Part shown: positions 27,059-38,043 of the stretch, in pieces
Numbering within the stretch: position 1 is the stretch's first letter
Layout: each line of letters begins with the position of its first letter
NCBI GenBank assembly: GCA_013265495.1
Contig: MU058418.1
Location: 620,001 to 684,000 of the forward strand
DNA length: 64,000 bases
Direction of reading: 5' to 3'
Origin: Vicugna vicugna
Taxonomy: Eukaryota
Made by a program: the position numbers and the translations under genes
Notes under the pieces: model-generated
Seen by the model: only the letters and a program-made list of their open reading frames with translations
Databases searched by the model: none
Told to the model about the DNA's origin: nothing

Positions 27059-27303
27059 TGGCAGTGCTATTTGCAACAGCCAAGACATGGAAATAACCTA
27101 AATGTCCATCAACAGATGACCGAATAAAGAAGTTGTGGTATATTTATACAATGGAATACCGCCCAGCCATAAAAAGAATAAAATAATGCCATTTGCAGCA
27201 ACATGGATGGACCTGGAGATCATCATTGTAAGTGAAGTAAGCCAGAAAGAGAAAGAAAAATACCATATGATATCACTCATATGTGGAATCTAAAACACAC
27301 ACA

Positions 27304-27346
<43 letters not shown>

Positions 27347-27666
27347 ACACATACACAAATGAACTTATTTACAAAAGAGGAACAGATTCATAGACAGAAA
27401 ACAACTATGGTTACCAAAGGGGGGACGGGGTGGGAAGGGATAAATTGGGAGTTCGAGATTTGCAGATACTAACTACTATATATAAAATATATAAACAACA
27501 AGTTTCTTCTATACAGCACAGGGAACTACATTCAATATCATGTAGTAACCTATAGTGAAAAAGAGTATGAAAATGATGTATGTATATGTATGACTGAAAC
27601 ATTATGCTGTACACCAGAAATTAACACATTATAAACTGACTACACTACAATAAAAAATAAAAAAAT
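27059..27666 (+). mobile_element. 5'-truncated L1 (ORF2 end plus 3' UTR) containing a (CA)n tract
   Basis: ORF2-end homology (cagccaagacatggaaa...atatgtggaatctaa). TSD AAAATGAACA[C/T]GTTGA at 27043-27058 and 27667-27682 at a TT|AAAA site. Confidence 0.92.
27295..27356 (+). repeat. (CA)n microsatellite, imperfect
   Basis: Direct reading. Confidence 0.95.
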
Positions 27667-28522
27667 AAAATGAACATGTTGAATGTTCATCCAGATGACA
27701 CTGCCCTTCAAAGTAGTCTACACATTGTGGCTTCTTATACTGACACCTGCCTAATACAGTTAAGTTAACAAATGAATTGTGGCTATTATTGCTCAAACCA
27801 TTGGTACCCAGTATGGAAAGACACAAGGAAAAGACAAACTAATGAGTATGAAGACATGTTGTTTTACATCTCAAATGAATTATCAGTGTTGCTCATGCTG
27901 CTCACCAGACATGACTCCAGTGCCTTTGGCTCCAAAAAGGAAAAAAACCCACCCTCAAGTGATAGGCTTTCCACTTTGAGGAGAATGTGTTCCAGCTCCT
28001 AAAGATGACCCCAAAAGAGATGCACTAGGAATATTCTGAGCAATGAGAACATCCTTGGAACACATGCCCAGGCTTTTGAGGTGGTTACTTTGAAGGTGAA
28101 ACACTCTTAAGTTCTGGAGTGGTTGTGGACAAAAAAATTGGTCACATGATTCTCAATGCTCCTATGTAACCATCTGGGGAAAAAAAAGAAGCCCCTGATC
28201 TTTCTGAATCTGTTCTCAAGGGTGGAGATGAGTAAAGAGCGAAAAGGACCTGGAAGGTTCTCTTCTACCCATTTCCCGTGGCGGCGCCTCCTCAGCGGTG
28301 CTACCCTCAGCCTGTGGCTTGTAGGGAGGACGCCCCGTTGACCTGCCCCCCACCCCCGGCCCAGGCAAGCAGGGTCCTGGGAATGCAGGGCTCATGGACA
28401 GTGTGCTCTGCCTCCTGGAGACCCTTACAGTCCTTCAGTTAACCAGCCAGTGGATACCCTACTTATTTCTGAGAGGCATTGTGGATTGAGAAGGAAAAGG
28501 AGATGTCTTAAAAGTAAAGCTG

Positions 28523-28850
28523 TAAAAGAAATAGACTCACAGACATAGTAAACAAACTTACAGTTACTGGGGGGGAAGGAGGTGGGAAGGGATAAATTGG
28601 GAGTTTGAAATGTGCAAATACTAACTACTATGTATAAAATAGTTAAAAAAACAAATTTCTTCTGTATAGCACAGGGAACTGTATTCAATAACTTGTAGTA
28701 ACCTATAATGAAAAAGAATGTGAAAACAATTATATGTATGTATATGTATGACTGAAACATCATGCTGTACACCAGAAGTTGACACATTATAACTGACTAT
28801 ACTTCAATAAAAAATTTAAAATAAAATAAAAAGAAATCTGCAAAGGAAAA
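28523..28850 (+). mobile_element. L1 3' end
   Basis: Same 3' UTR family as the 17.9 and 27.4 kb copies; A-rich tail; degenerate TSD aaaagtaaagctgt / aacagtacagctgt. Confidence 0.88.
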
Positions 28851-31747
28851 AAACAGTACAGCTGTGAAGAAGCCTTTGTTCCTCTCTAACACTCACAGTG
28901 GAGCATGGAGCTAAGCAGAATGTGAGATCCTACGACAAAAAGAGGAGACAGAAACTCACATCGGTGACCACAGGGTTGGCCTGCTCAAGCGTTTGGAGAA
29001 CCATTGGAAAGGCCTCCTGCTCTTCTGGCCTGTCCCTTCAGTGGTTCTCCTCTCAGTAAAGATATGAGCTCCCAAAAGAAACTCATGGCTTTTTGAATAA
29101 AATATGAAAACTAGACAAGTTCCTTAAGTCAGTCAATGAATATGAATGAGATGCCTTTTGTATGACAGGTGCTGGGCAAGGTGCTGGATTTTAGCTGCTT
29201 TTTCCAAGTTACCAAGATTGAACGATTTTCATAGAGAGTCTGCCCCACAATCCAGAAGTTTATCTAAGTAAACTACATAAACTATGTTTTGTCTGATTTC
29301 TAAATCATTGCTAGATAGTTCTTCTGAATAAGAATGCTCTAGAAAGCTAAATCTCCTTTGGCAATCCCTTCCCAAACCTCCCCCAATTCCCATCTCTTAT
29401 TGCATTAACTCACAAATACACGCTCACTGGGGAATGCACGCACAAGCATGAAATCGGCTTGGGCTTGGTGTCATGAACTGCACAAGGCTTGCATAAATTC
29501 ACAACAGACCGTGTTTACTTTTCTATCATCAATTATTCCTTGTTTTTGTCTATAAACTAAAGCTTCCCTAGTTTATTAAATCACCAGTGAGTACAATTAA
29601 GAGATGGAACCTCCGCGTGTCATGGTGTTTTCTTCAGCTAATGAGGCCCATGGACTTGTAGATTCATTCACGCAATCTTTTGTTACTCGTGTGCTTATGT
29701 GACCAAAGCCAGACTTACAATGACACTGAAGATTCTCCCAGGACACCCTTTTGTGTGTGTGTGAGGTCACAAGAATTTTAATAGTTTTTCATGACAGGGT
29801 TGATGAATCTGATGGCTGCGACCTATCTGAGTCCTGCATTTGTATGCGGTGTCTGTTCCTCTGCCCTAATGTAGTGGAGCTGGGCTGGACTTGCCAACGT
29901 CAATTTGTATTGTAGGTGTGGTTCCTGCCTGGATGAGCTCTGTTTAAAAGAGGATTGCAGAGTTGGCTTCATCTCAAACGTCTGTGTCTGATTCACAGAC
30001 ATCTGTGTCTCCCTGAGAAATAATGTTTTCACAACCAGAGCTGTCCAACGGAGAAATAAGCCACTTCCTATGGGAGTGAACGCCTCCTAATGGGATGCGG
30101 TCAGGCAGAGCCATTTCTCAGGGCTGTAGGGAAGGCGTTCCAGCACTGGATGGGGAGGTAGAGCCTTCCTGAGGTTTGAGGATGCTACAATTATAGGTTA
30201 TGGTGGAGGTAGCCTCCGGTCATATATGCTTACTGTAAAATGACACCCAGTGAAGGTCGGGTATTTCCTAGTGAGCTGTTTGGAGAAGCAAGGCTTTGGT
30301 TGTGTTCCAAAGTAGGATCCAGTAGAAGGCATTTGTGCTGGCCTTTGCGATGAGCATCTAGTACGTGGCTCAGGTCATGTGGTCGAGCTACAGAGCAGAG
30401 AATGGTGGGCTGATGGCCCTGAGCAAGTCTGAGTGGTACATTTAGACCCTCTGGACAGCAAGATGCCCACGCTGTCTGCCATCACTACCTAATCAGCTGC
30501 TGAACAGCACTTGGCTCTCAGATGCATCTCCACTGCTCTCGCCCTGTCCTCTCCATATCAGCTCTGGGCACAGCACACTGACCTGGGGGCTGGTGTCATT
30601 CTTTAGCTCTGCTTGCTGTCTTTTCCTCTGGAGGAAACCAAGCTCAACGCCAAGCGGGAGGAGAACCCCAGGCTCTTTATGCAGGATTTTAAGAGCATAG
30701 GTCTGGGGCCCTGTTTAGGAAAACAAGAGAATGAAGAAAAGCAAATCCTCCTCTAAAAATATATGCTTTTGCCCAGAACTGCTTCTCAGTTTGGGAATTT
30801 CCTGCAACCTGGGAGAGCGAGTGAGCGTTCTTCTCAAGTACAGCGATTTGGTGAAGTCCATGTGTGATCATACCACTGTAACCACAAAGGAATTTACCAC
30901 AGGAAGTGTCCCAGCTGTTACTTATTAGCATTAGAACAAATTACACAAAGCAAATTGTTAGCAGACATGTTTCCATAATATTTAACTGGTGGCAATAGAT
31001 AAGAGCGATTCTCTTTCAAGTAAATGCTAGATTTCCAAAAATTCAGCTTCCAATTGTCCGCAAAGGAATCGTCTTCGATTAGGCTAGTGGCTGGAGGGAA
31101 GGGGACTCCGGAAGCTGAGGCTCCCAGGGCTCTTCCCAGGGCAGCACCGGCGGGAGTTGTGTGAGAGGCGCCACCAGGGTGACATCACAAGGTGGGAACA
31201 GGACTGCTTGTACCTCTAAACAGCTGACCGTCTGCTGGGGTCACAGCTGGGGTTCTCAGCATGGTCCTCTCATGCCATGGAGACTAAGGCACATGGCAAG
31301 ACCAGAGCAGAGCTGGGCAGTGACTCAGTTCTTGGAGTGTGTTTGTGACAACAAATAAACCACACCCATGGGCAGGTGTTCATCCCTCTCCTTAACGAAA
31401 TATTGCAGTTTCCAAAAAAAACACACACTCCTTCCCAGTCCCCTGTCTTATTATCTGAGGTTTAAGGAAAAAAAAAAAAAAGTGAGTCCCATCTCCTCCT
31501 CCCCTAAGCCCATCGGAGAAGACTTAGAAAAGCACCAGGTCAGAGCAAACGGCAGGCAGCACTCACCTTCTGCTCACACGGAGGAAACCTGGCTAGTTCT
31601 TTGGAAAGAAAGCAGAATATCTCCGTCTTTCAAGACCTTCTGACAATGACTAAATTCAAGTCCCTGGTCACTTCTGGGCATTTCCAACAATCTTCGGAGC
31701 TATGACAAAATTCTCCTAAAACAATCTCAGAAAATAAAAAACATAAT

Positions 31748-31753
31748 TTTAAT
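31748..31753 (-). terminator. Candidate SCML4 polyadenylation signal ATTAAA
   Basis: TTTAAT on + strand in an AT-rich context, with a U-rich element downstream on the minus strand. Confidence 0.4.
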
Positions 31754-33679
31754 GTTTTAAAACATAAGAACTATTCCACACATAAATACAAAAATAGGAT
31801 ATTGTAGCTTAAAGGGTTGGGGCTGTTAGAAGAGACCCCCTCTTACTGTCTTCCTAAGACATTTGTAGTTTTGTCTTCCCCAACTCGCAGTTTCCTTCCT
31901 AACCGCAGCTCAGTGTCCCTCCCCGGCGTATTTCAGTATCCTATTTGGTTCTGGTGAGGTGCTCTCCACTCCTTTTTCCTGCTGAAGGGAAATGATGGGG
32001 GAGCGGTGCAGCTCTGGTGGGCACTAAACGAGGCTCCAGACGGCTGGTCCTGCCCCGTGGGCTTCCTGGCTAGGCTTGTCCCCTCAGTCACACGGAGTGG
32101 AGTCCTGTCAGCCAGCTCCTGACCTGGGAAGGCCCAGAACCCCAGAACCACCCCCCAGCAGCCTCCAGGGCGCACCCTACTGGCATTAGAGGGGATACCC
32201 AGTAGTAACAGCCTAGAGTGGGTTCCACCTCTGTGCCACAAAGCTGGGGAAGCCTTTGACACCAAGCAAATCCAACAGCCGATACACACCTAGCTACTTC
32301 CTAAGGCTCTTCCAACTACAGTGTCAGGAAACACACACACACACACACACAAAATGCACATCTTTTACCTGAAGTCTTCACAAAGGGAATAATGTGCTTC
32401 ATTAAATATTTAAAATGCCTTAGGCAATAGAACTGTCTCTAGACTTTTTTTGTAAAAGTGTTTAACAGACAAGTGTAATTGGAAGTGTTTGGAGCATGAA
32501 CACACACACACACACTCTAATTTGGAATTATGCTAAACTGTATCATTATTCGCCACAACCCGAAGCAAAGCTACTGCCGTGGAGTAACGAGCACCACGTC
32601 TGCACAAGAGCGAGGCCCCCCAGACGAGCTCCCAGTCGGATGGGGTGACACACGTGGCCTGACTCTGTAAGGTCCGTTTAGAGGAAATGGCCTGGCATGT
32701 TTTACATTTGCTGAGCTATTTAGCTGCCTGGTTTGACAAGATTTTTGAAAGGGGTGAAAATTAATTATAATTGCAGTATTACAACAATAATGTGGTGGGC
32801 TAATTGCATTTCAGTGCAAAAACAGGCAAGGAAGAACTTCCTGCCTGGGTTATTCTCTGATATGGCAACATTCATCTTAAGAGTAAGAAGATTTTTAAAA
32901 AGTCAAACCTTAAATATCATGGCTTCAGCAATCTGTCCCACTTAAAGTTTAATGCAAAATGAGATAGCACCTCCGTAAGAGCAGATCCCACGAACGTGGA
33001 CCCAGTTTTTCTTCTACACTTGAGATGGCAAAATCTCTCTCCCCTGAAAACCACACCAAGCATCTCTCTGATACTGTTTGGGGATGATTTGGATTTGGGG
33101 GACACCAATGTTGAAGTTTTTAATCCTGAAGGGATACTACTGAGAATGGGTAGGAAGTTTTGAAAGTCTCTGTATGAGGTATATGTTGATGGAAGAGGCA
33201 CCGCAAGTTTTAGAGGACTGAGAAAAAGGAGGAGAAACATGGTTGCTGTGGGATTTCTGGCTCTTACTGTTTTCACATTGGCCATTCTGAATGCATAAGC
33301 TATCCATGGGTTTTTGAGGGAGACTCTAACTCCAGACCAGCAGCAAGCATTTCACAATTAACCGACTTTGAGGGACAATCTATCGCTTAAAAATCTTGAG
33401 GACTCTGTCCCAAGGCCTGATTCAGGGCAGTTTTGTCAGGTGCCGGAACCAACATTCAGCTCTTCCATGACCTGGTAACTCAAGCTCGGTTCCCTGGGCA
33501 CTTTTAGGACATTCTCCTCTGTCCCTTCTCTGTTGTGCTCTAAATCCAGCCACCATTTGTGTATCTAAAAAGGGTTTTTGCTATGACGTGCTTTCTCAAA
33601 TATCACTCATCAAAGTGGGTCTAATGGCACGGCATGGAATTCTTCTTACGATCCTTGCCTAGGTTCTGTATGATTTACA

Positions 33680-33862
33680 GAGGATCAACACACAAATCTA
33701 CCCAGGGCTGCGCTCAAGTCTGTACAGGTCCTGTCCTGCACAAGGGCAGCTGGTGGAGGGGTGAGGGGGCTGAAATCCCACCTGGCCCCACTCACCAGCC
33801 GAGACCCCTGCCAGGCTGCCCACCGGGAACGGTGTGCTTTTTCTAACTTGCATTTGGGCCAG
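33680..33862. mobile_element. MER91-like hAT relic in the putative SCML4 3' UTR
   Basis: cctgcacaagggc...ggggctgaaatcc...ttttctaacttgca resembles MER91. Confidence 0.45.
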
Positions 33863-34688
33863 GGGAGGCCCTGAGTTGTCCTTGATCCTCGCCCTCCCAG
33901 AGATCACAAGGTCCTCCTCACCTCCAACACTACAGGTGCTTTTAAAGGAAAATGATATGCCCACAGCAAAGGACCATCCATTTTGAAGATATGTTTCCTG
34001 TTAAGTGAGAGAGGAAGGGAAAAAGAGACAGGGGAGGAGAGAAATGAAAAGGATAAGAAGAAAAATGGAGATGAGGTTGCCCTTCTGTCTCATAAATTGT
34101 GGATTCATTGTCCTTCCCTGGACACAGCTGCAAAGGAGTAGAAATCAATTTTTTTTCTATTACTCCAAGGTGAGAAAGGAAAACCTATTTGTAAATTGAA
34201 TTAAACCTCATAATAGCATGTCCGTGTATTTGCTGAAGATGGAAAAATTAACCGCAGATACAACTATACAGTCCTTCAGTGTGACTAGAAATCAGCACTC
34301 TCCCATTTCAAAGCTTAGTCGAGACATCTTTCTTCTTATTCTTTTTAAGAAACACCATGGCTAAATGTCACTAAGACTCTCCCATGTGCCAACACATTGA
34401 CACTTCAGTAAGGACTCTGGAAGGGAAGGAACTCCAAAGCCCCATCTGGGAAGAACATGCTTCCAAATTCTTGCCTTTGCTGCATCTCAGTCAGTCAATA
34501 ATGATTGGATATGAACTAGAACCTTCTAGAAGAAGGTGATTTCTTCCCAAGTTGCAATCTGTGGTGCTCACTGGGAATAAATTTCCCATGTCTGTGTAGG
34601 CTAGATCTTGTTCACAGAAACCCTACCCATCCTCTGGGTACTGAGTATCAGGCTACTGCAATGAGGGGCCTGAAATTTCATCAGCAGT

Positions 34689-34702
34689 CTGCCCTCTAGT
34701 GG
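34689..34702 (-). promoter_or_regulatory. CTCF-like motif
   Basis: CCACTAGAGGGCAG on the minus strand is an exact match to CCASYAGRKGGCRS. Confidence 0.55.
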
Positions 34703-35273
34703 GGCAACACAGTACTTCAGATAACTGGGAAAAGAAAAGAATTTTTTTTTTTCCTTCTTCTCTTTCAGAGAGCAAAAGAATTCAAGTTTTCCAGATAGTG
34801 CAAAGTGAGGCATTTATCCTCAGAAGACAGCTTTCAGAGCTGAATCAGGCAAGGCTCACAATGATAGGTCCCCAGGTCCGAGTTAAAGACAGGTGGTGCT
34901 GCAGAGATAAAGGTCCTTCTAACATCACTGGAAGCCTCAAGGGTCCTCTTTGAGTAATAACACTCAGTTCCCCACACTCTCATTATAAAAGTAGGACCCA
35001 CCCTACAAGAAACCAACCTACCAGGAATGTTAAAAATGATAGATTTGGGGGATAATTTTTTGGCAAATCACTAACACAGAGGAACCTTTCAAAAGGGCCA
35101 TGTTGAATTTTTTTTAAAGGCAAAGATGCACGAGTTTTATAAAAAGACCAAGTCTTTGTGGCTGTTATTTTTTTCAGAAGAGAATCTTTGCGATGAAGGC
35201 TGATGTTGGTAAGGCTTCAGAAGATGATCTTGAGATCTGTTGTCTGGATTTCACTTCTATCCTTTAAACATCT

Positions 35274-35399
35274 TCAGAACTTGGCTTGCTTCAGTTTATC
35301 AATATGGTAGCAGAGTTTCAGTGCAGGTCCCAGCTTCAGGCCCAAGTATTTCATGATCATGTCACTCTTCAGTAACAAGAGGGCATTGCCATCAATCTC
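35274..35399 (-). CDS. SCML4: SCML4 last coding exon (C-terminal half of SAM domain) with TGA stop
   Basis: Translates [41 protein letters not shown], an Scm/Ph-type SAM motif. Acceptor ttttctctgatcctgttccatcag at 35401-35400; TGA at 35276-35274. Too short for the ORF track. Confidence 0.96.
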   Translation of the reverse strand, partial: EIDGNALLLLKSDMIMKYLGLKLGPALKLCYHIDKLKQAKF

Positions 35400-35748
35400 C
35401 TGATGGAACAGGATCAGAGAAAAGAAAACCCAGAAGGTGGTCAGAGTAATCAAATAGTGGCTATGGTTAGAGTATGGTCAGGAAATAAGATAAGGGGATA
35501 TGGACTTACTCAGATGCATATTCTCTTAGTTCCGAAGCAAGATCTTAAGAAAATAAATTAAAGCCCACAAATACTATGTGCTCCTCTTCCCAACATCTCC
35601 CTGGGGTCATTCGATATACTGGATCTTTCATATCCCTGCTCTCTCCTGATGGAAGGAATCTAACATAACACCAGCCACTGTCCCAATATACCATGTACGA
35701 TGTTTATCTCCTTATCCAGTCTAGGGCTAATGGAACAGGAAGTGCCCC

Positions 35749-36062
35749 CTGGACTGAATGTTTGTGTCCCCTTCATCCCCTCCCCAAATACATATGTTGA
35801 AATCCTAACCCCTTAGTGATAGTATTTGGAGGTGGGACTTTGGGGAGTGATAAGGTCTGAAGGTGGATCCCCTTGTGAATGGGATTGGTGTCCTCAGGCA
35901 ATGAGAAGATGGCAGTCTGAAATCCGGAAGAGAGCTTTCCCCAGAAGGTGACCTTGCTGACACCCTGATCTTGGACTTCCAGCCTCCAAAACAGAAATGA
36001 TTTGCTGTTATTCATAAGCCAGCCAGTTTATGGGACTGTTACTGCAGCCTGAACTAAGACAA
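35749..36062 (+). mobile_element. MLT1A-like MaLR LTR in the last SCML4 intron
   Basis: tggactgaatgtttgtgtcccc...atgttgaaatcctaacccc...gacaccctgatcttggacttccagcctcca...gaactaagaca. Confidence 0.85.
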
Positions 36063-36924
36063 AGCATCATCCCATTAGATCCTGGAACTAGCGGTTATCT
36101 TTCCATTCCAGGTGCTCATCTAAGGCCCTGACTTCTATCTGTCATCCTAATCTCTGGTTTCTTTTCTCAGTAAGCTCACCCACCTTTAGCTGATTACCAA
36201 ATTGCTAATGACACTCTATAAGGGATTTGAGGTGTTTTTTCGTCTCTGTCAATAATACTAGGTAGCACATGCACCTGCGTCATCAGAGGGCTTAGCACAA
36301 TTAACTATTAAGGGAATGTCAATCCTCCAAGGTCCTGGTATTCCTCCTATTTGTCTCTGAAAATGGCACCCCTCCAGACTGCATGTTAAATTAATGAACT
36401 AAGTAAGGCTGGGTTTCCTCCTTCACCTACACTGCTATTTTCAGATTACTAGAGACAAAGGGTAGAAATCTGGGGTGCTCAGTTGGGGAGAAGAGGCACA
36501 TACAGGACTCATATAACGGCAAGTGTCACCAGCCCCTCTCATTCCTCTATCCAGCCAGTCAGCACTGACGCATTGCCTACTCCATTTCATTCACTCTCCA
36601 TGTCCATGGCAAAATGGCAGACTGGGCAAAGCTCATCTGTGGACCCTCCCAGGGTCCTCATTGCCTAATGTTTTCTCTTTACCCCACCTCCTAGACTTCC
36701 ACTGTCTCCACTTCTCACTCAGGAAGGAGGCCAGACTGCTCCCACCCAGATCTATCTGAACACAACCCCTCTCTGGTGCTTCTCTCAAGGCCCCGCTGTT
36801 AGCCGAGGTCACGTATATCCAGAAGAAAATGTGAGTGTCCTCTCCAGATCTGAAAGTATGATTTCCATGATTTTCACTTCAAATAAAATGAAAGACAGGA
36901 AGGAAAAAAAATAATAGTAACTCC

Positions 36925-37422
36925 TGTAGACAAGAATAACGCTCCCTCTCCTCCCCACAAGAGGTCTATGTGCTAATCCCTGAAACCTGTGAATATGAGC
37001 AGTTACCTGGCAAAGGGGAATTAAAGTTGCAGATGGAATTAAGGCTACGAATCAATTTATCCTGGATTATTGGAGAAGAAGGGAGACAACGCAATCACAG
37101 GATCCTTAAAAGTGGAAGAAGAAATCAGAAGAACCAAAGGGCTGGCAGCCTAAGAAGGACTCAGCTTGATGTTGTTGGCTCTAAGGATGCAGACAGGGAG
37201 GTAGGAGCCAAGAATGAGGGAGGAGCTAGATGCTGAAAAGGCAAGGAAATGAATTTTCCCCAGAGCCTCCAGAAACACGTCAGACCCATCAACACCTTGG
37301 TCTTAGCCCAGTGAGACCCCTGTCAGACTTCTGATCCACTGAACTGTAAGATAATGAATTTGTGTGGTTTTAAGCTACTATCTTTGTGGTGACTGGTTAT
37401 AGCAGCAAATCTAAAACTGACA
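36925..37422 (+). mobile_element. MLT1D-like MaLR LTR
   Basis: ctaatccctgaaacctgtgaatatg...ggcaaaggggaattaaagttgcagatggaattaagg...gaactgtaagataatgaatttgtg. Confidence 0.85.
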
Positions 37423-37897
37423 TAGTAAGCTTGGCAGGTAAAGTATGAATTCTTACCTTTTAAAAAATTGTATCATCTTTATATATTTTAGAATCTCCTA
37501 AATAATTATACAAATACCTGCTAGCTGAAGGCTATCTATGAGCCAGGTACCATGCTAAACATTTGATGTGCATTTTCTCATTTAATTCTCAAAGCAGCTT
37601 AGGAAGAGGCACTATTAAGTTTGCTGGCATACTGTAGGGGTGCTATAAATGTTTGTTGAATGCACAGACGGACGGATGGGCAGGAAAACAGACGCTCCCG
37701 AAAAAGGCCGAAGTGAGGGAAAAGATGGGACAAACATCCCTTAAAAACAAAACTACGTGGTGGTTCTGCTCTGAGAAAAGTGTGCTTCCATCTGGCCTCC
37801 CTTGAGTGCCCCCAGGGCATAGTGCAGGCGCCCCCACCCCAACAGCTCCCTGACCCTCCCCCACCATCCTCGCCCACCAGGCCCACCACAGGCGTAC

Positions 37898-38043
37898 GTG
37901 CTTCCGGAAGAGCTCCACGTGGGGCCCCAGGGCCTGCGGGTCAGCATCTTTCACGAACCAGACCACGTCCTCCACAGACCAGGTGGACGGGTTCCTGCTC
38001 CTTGGCCGCCGGGCATCCTGCCCTTCCGGAGAAGGGCTTGAGG
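37898..38043 (-). CDS. SCML4: SCML4 penultimate coding exon (N-terminal half of SAM domain), 146 nt, phase 1-0
   Basis: Translates (A)SSPSPEGQDARRPRSRNPSTWSVEDVVWFVKDADPQALGPHVELFRKH. Acceptor ctccccatccag at 38045-38044; donor CAC|GTACGC at 37897. Confidence 0.96.

Larger units (their letters stand above)
31730..35273 (-). other. SCML4: Probable SCML4 3' UTR (~3.5 kb; distal end uncertain)
   Basis: Follows the stop codon. Candidate ATTAAA signal at 31753-31748 with an upstream UGUA and a downstream U/GU-rich tract (tatgttttttatttttctgagattgtttt). Confidence 0.5.

Noticed and set aside
1..31700. SOBP coding exons
   Set aside because: Expected nearby from human synteny, but no ORF resembles SOBP, so none was annotated.
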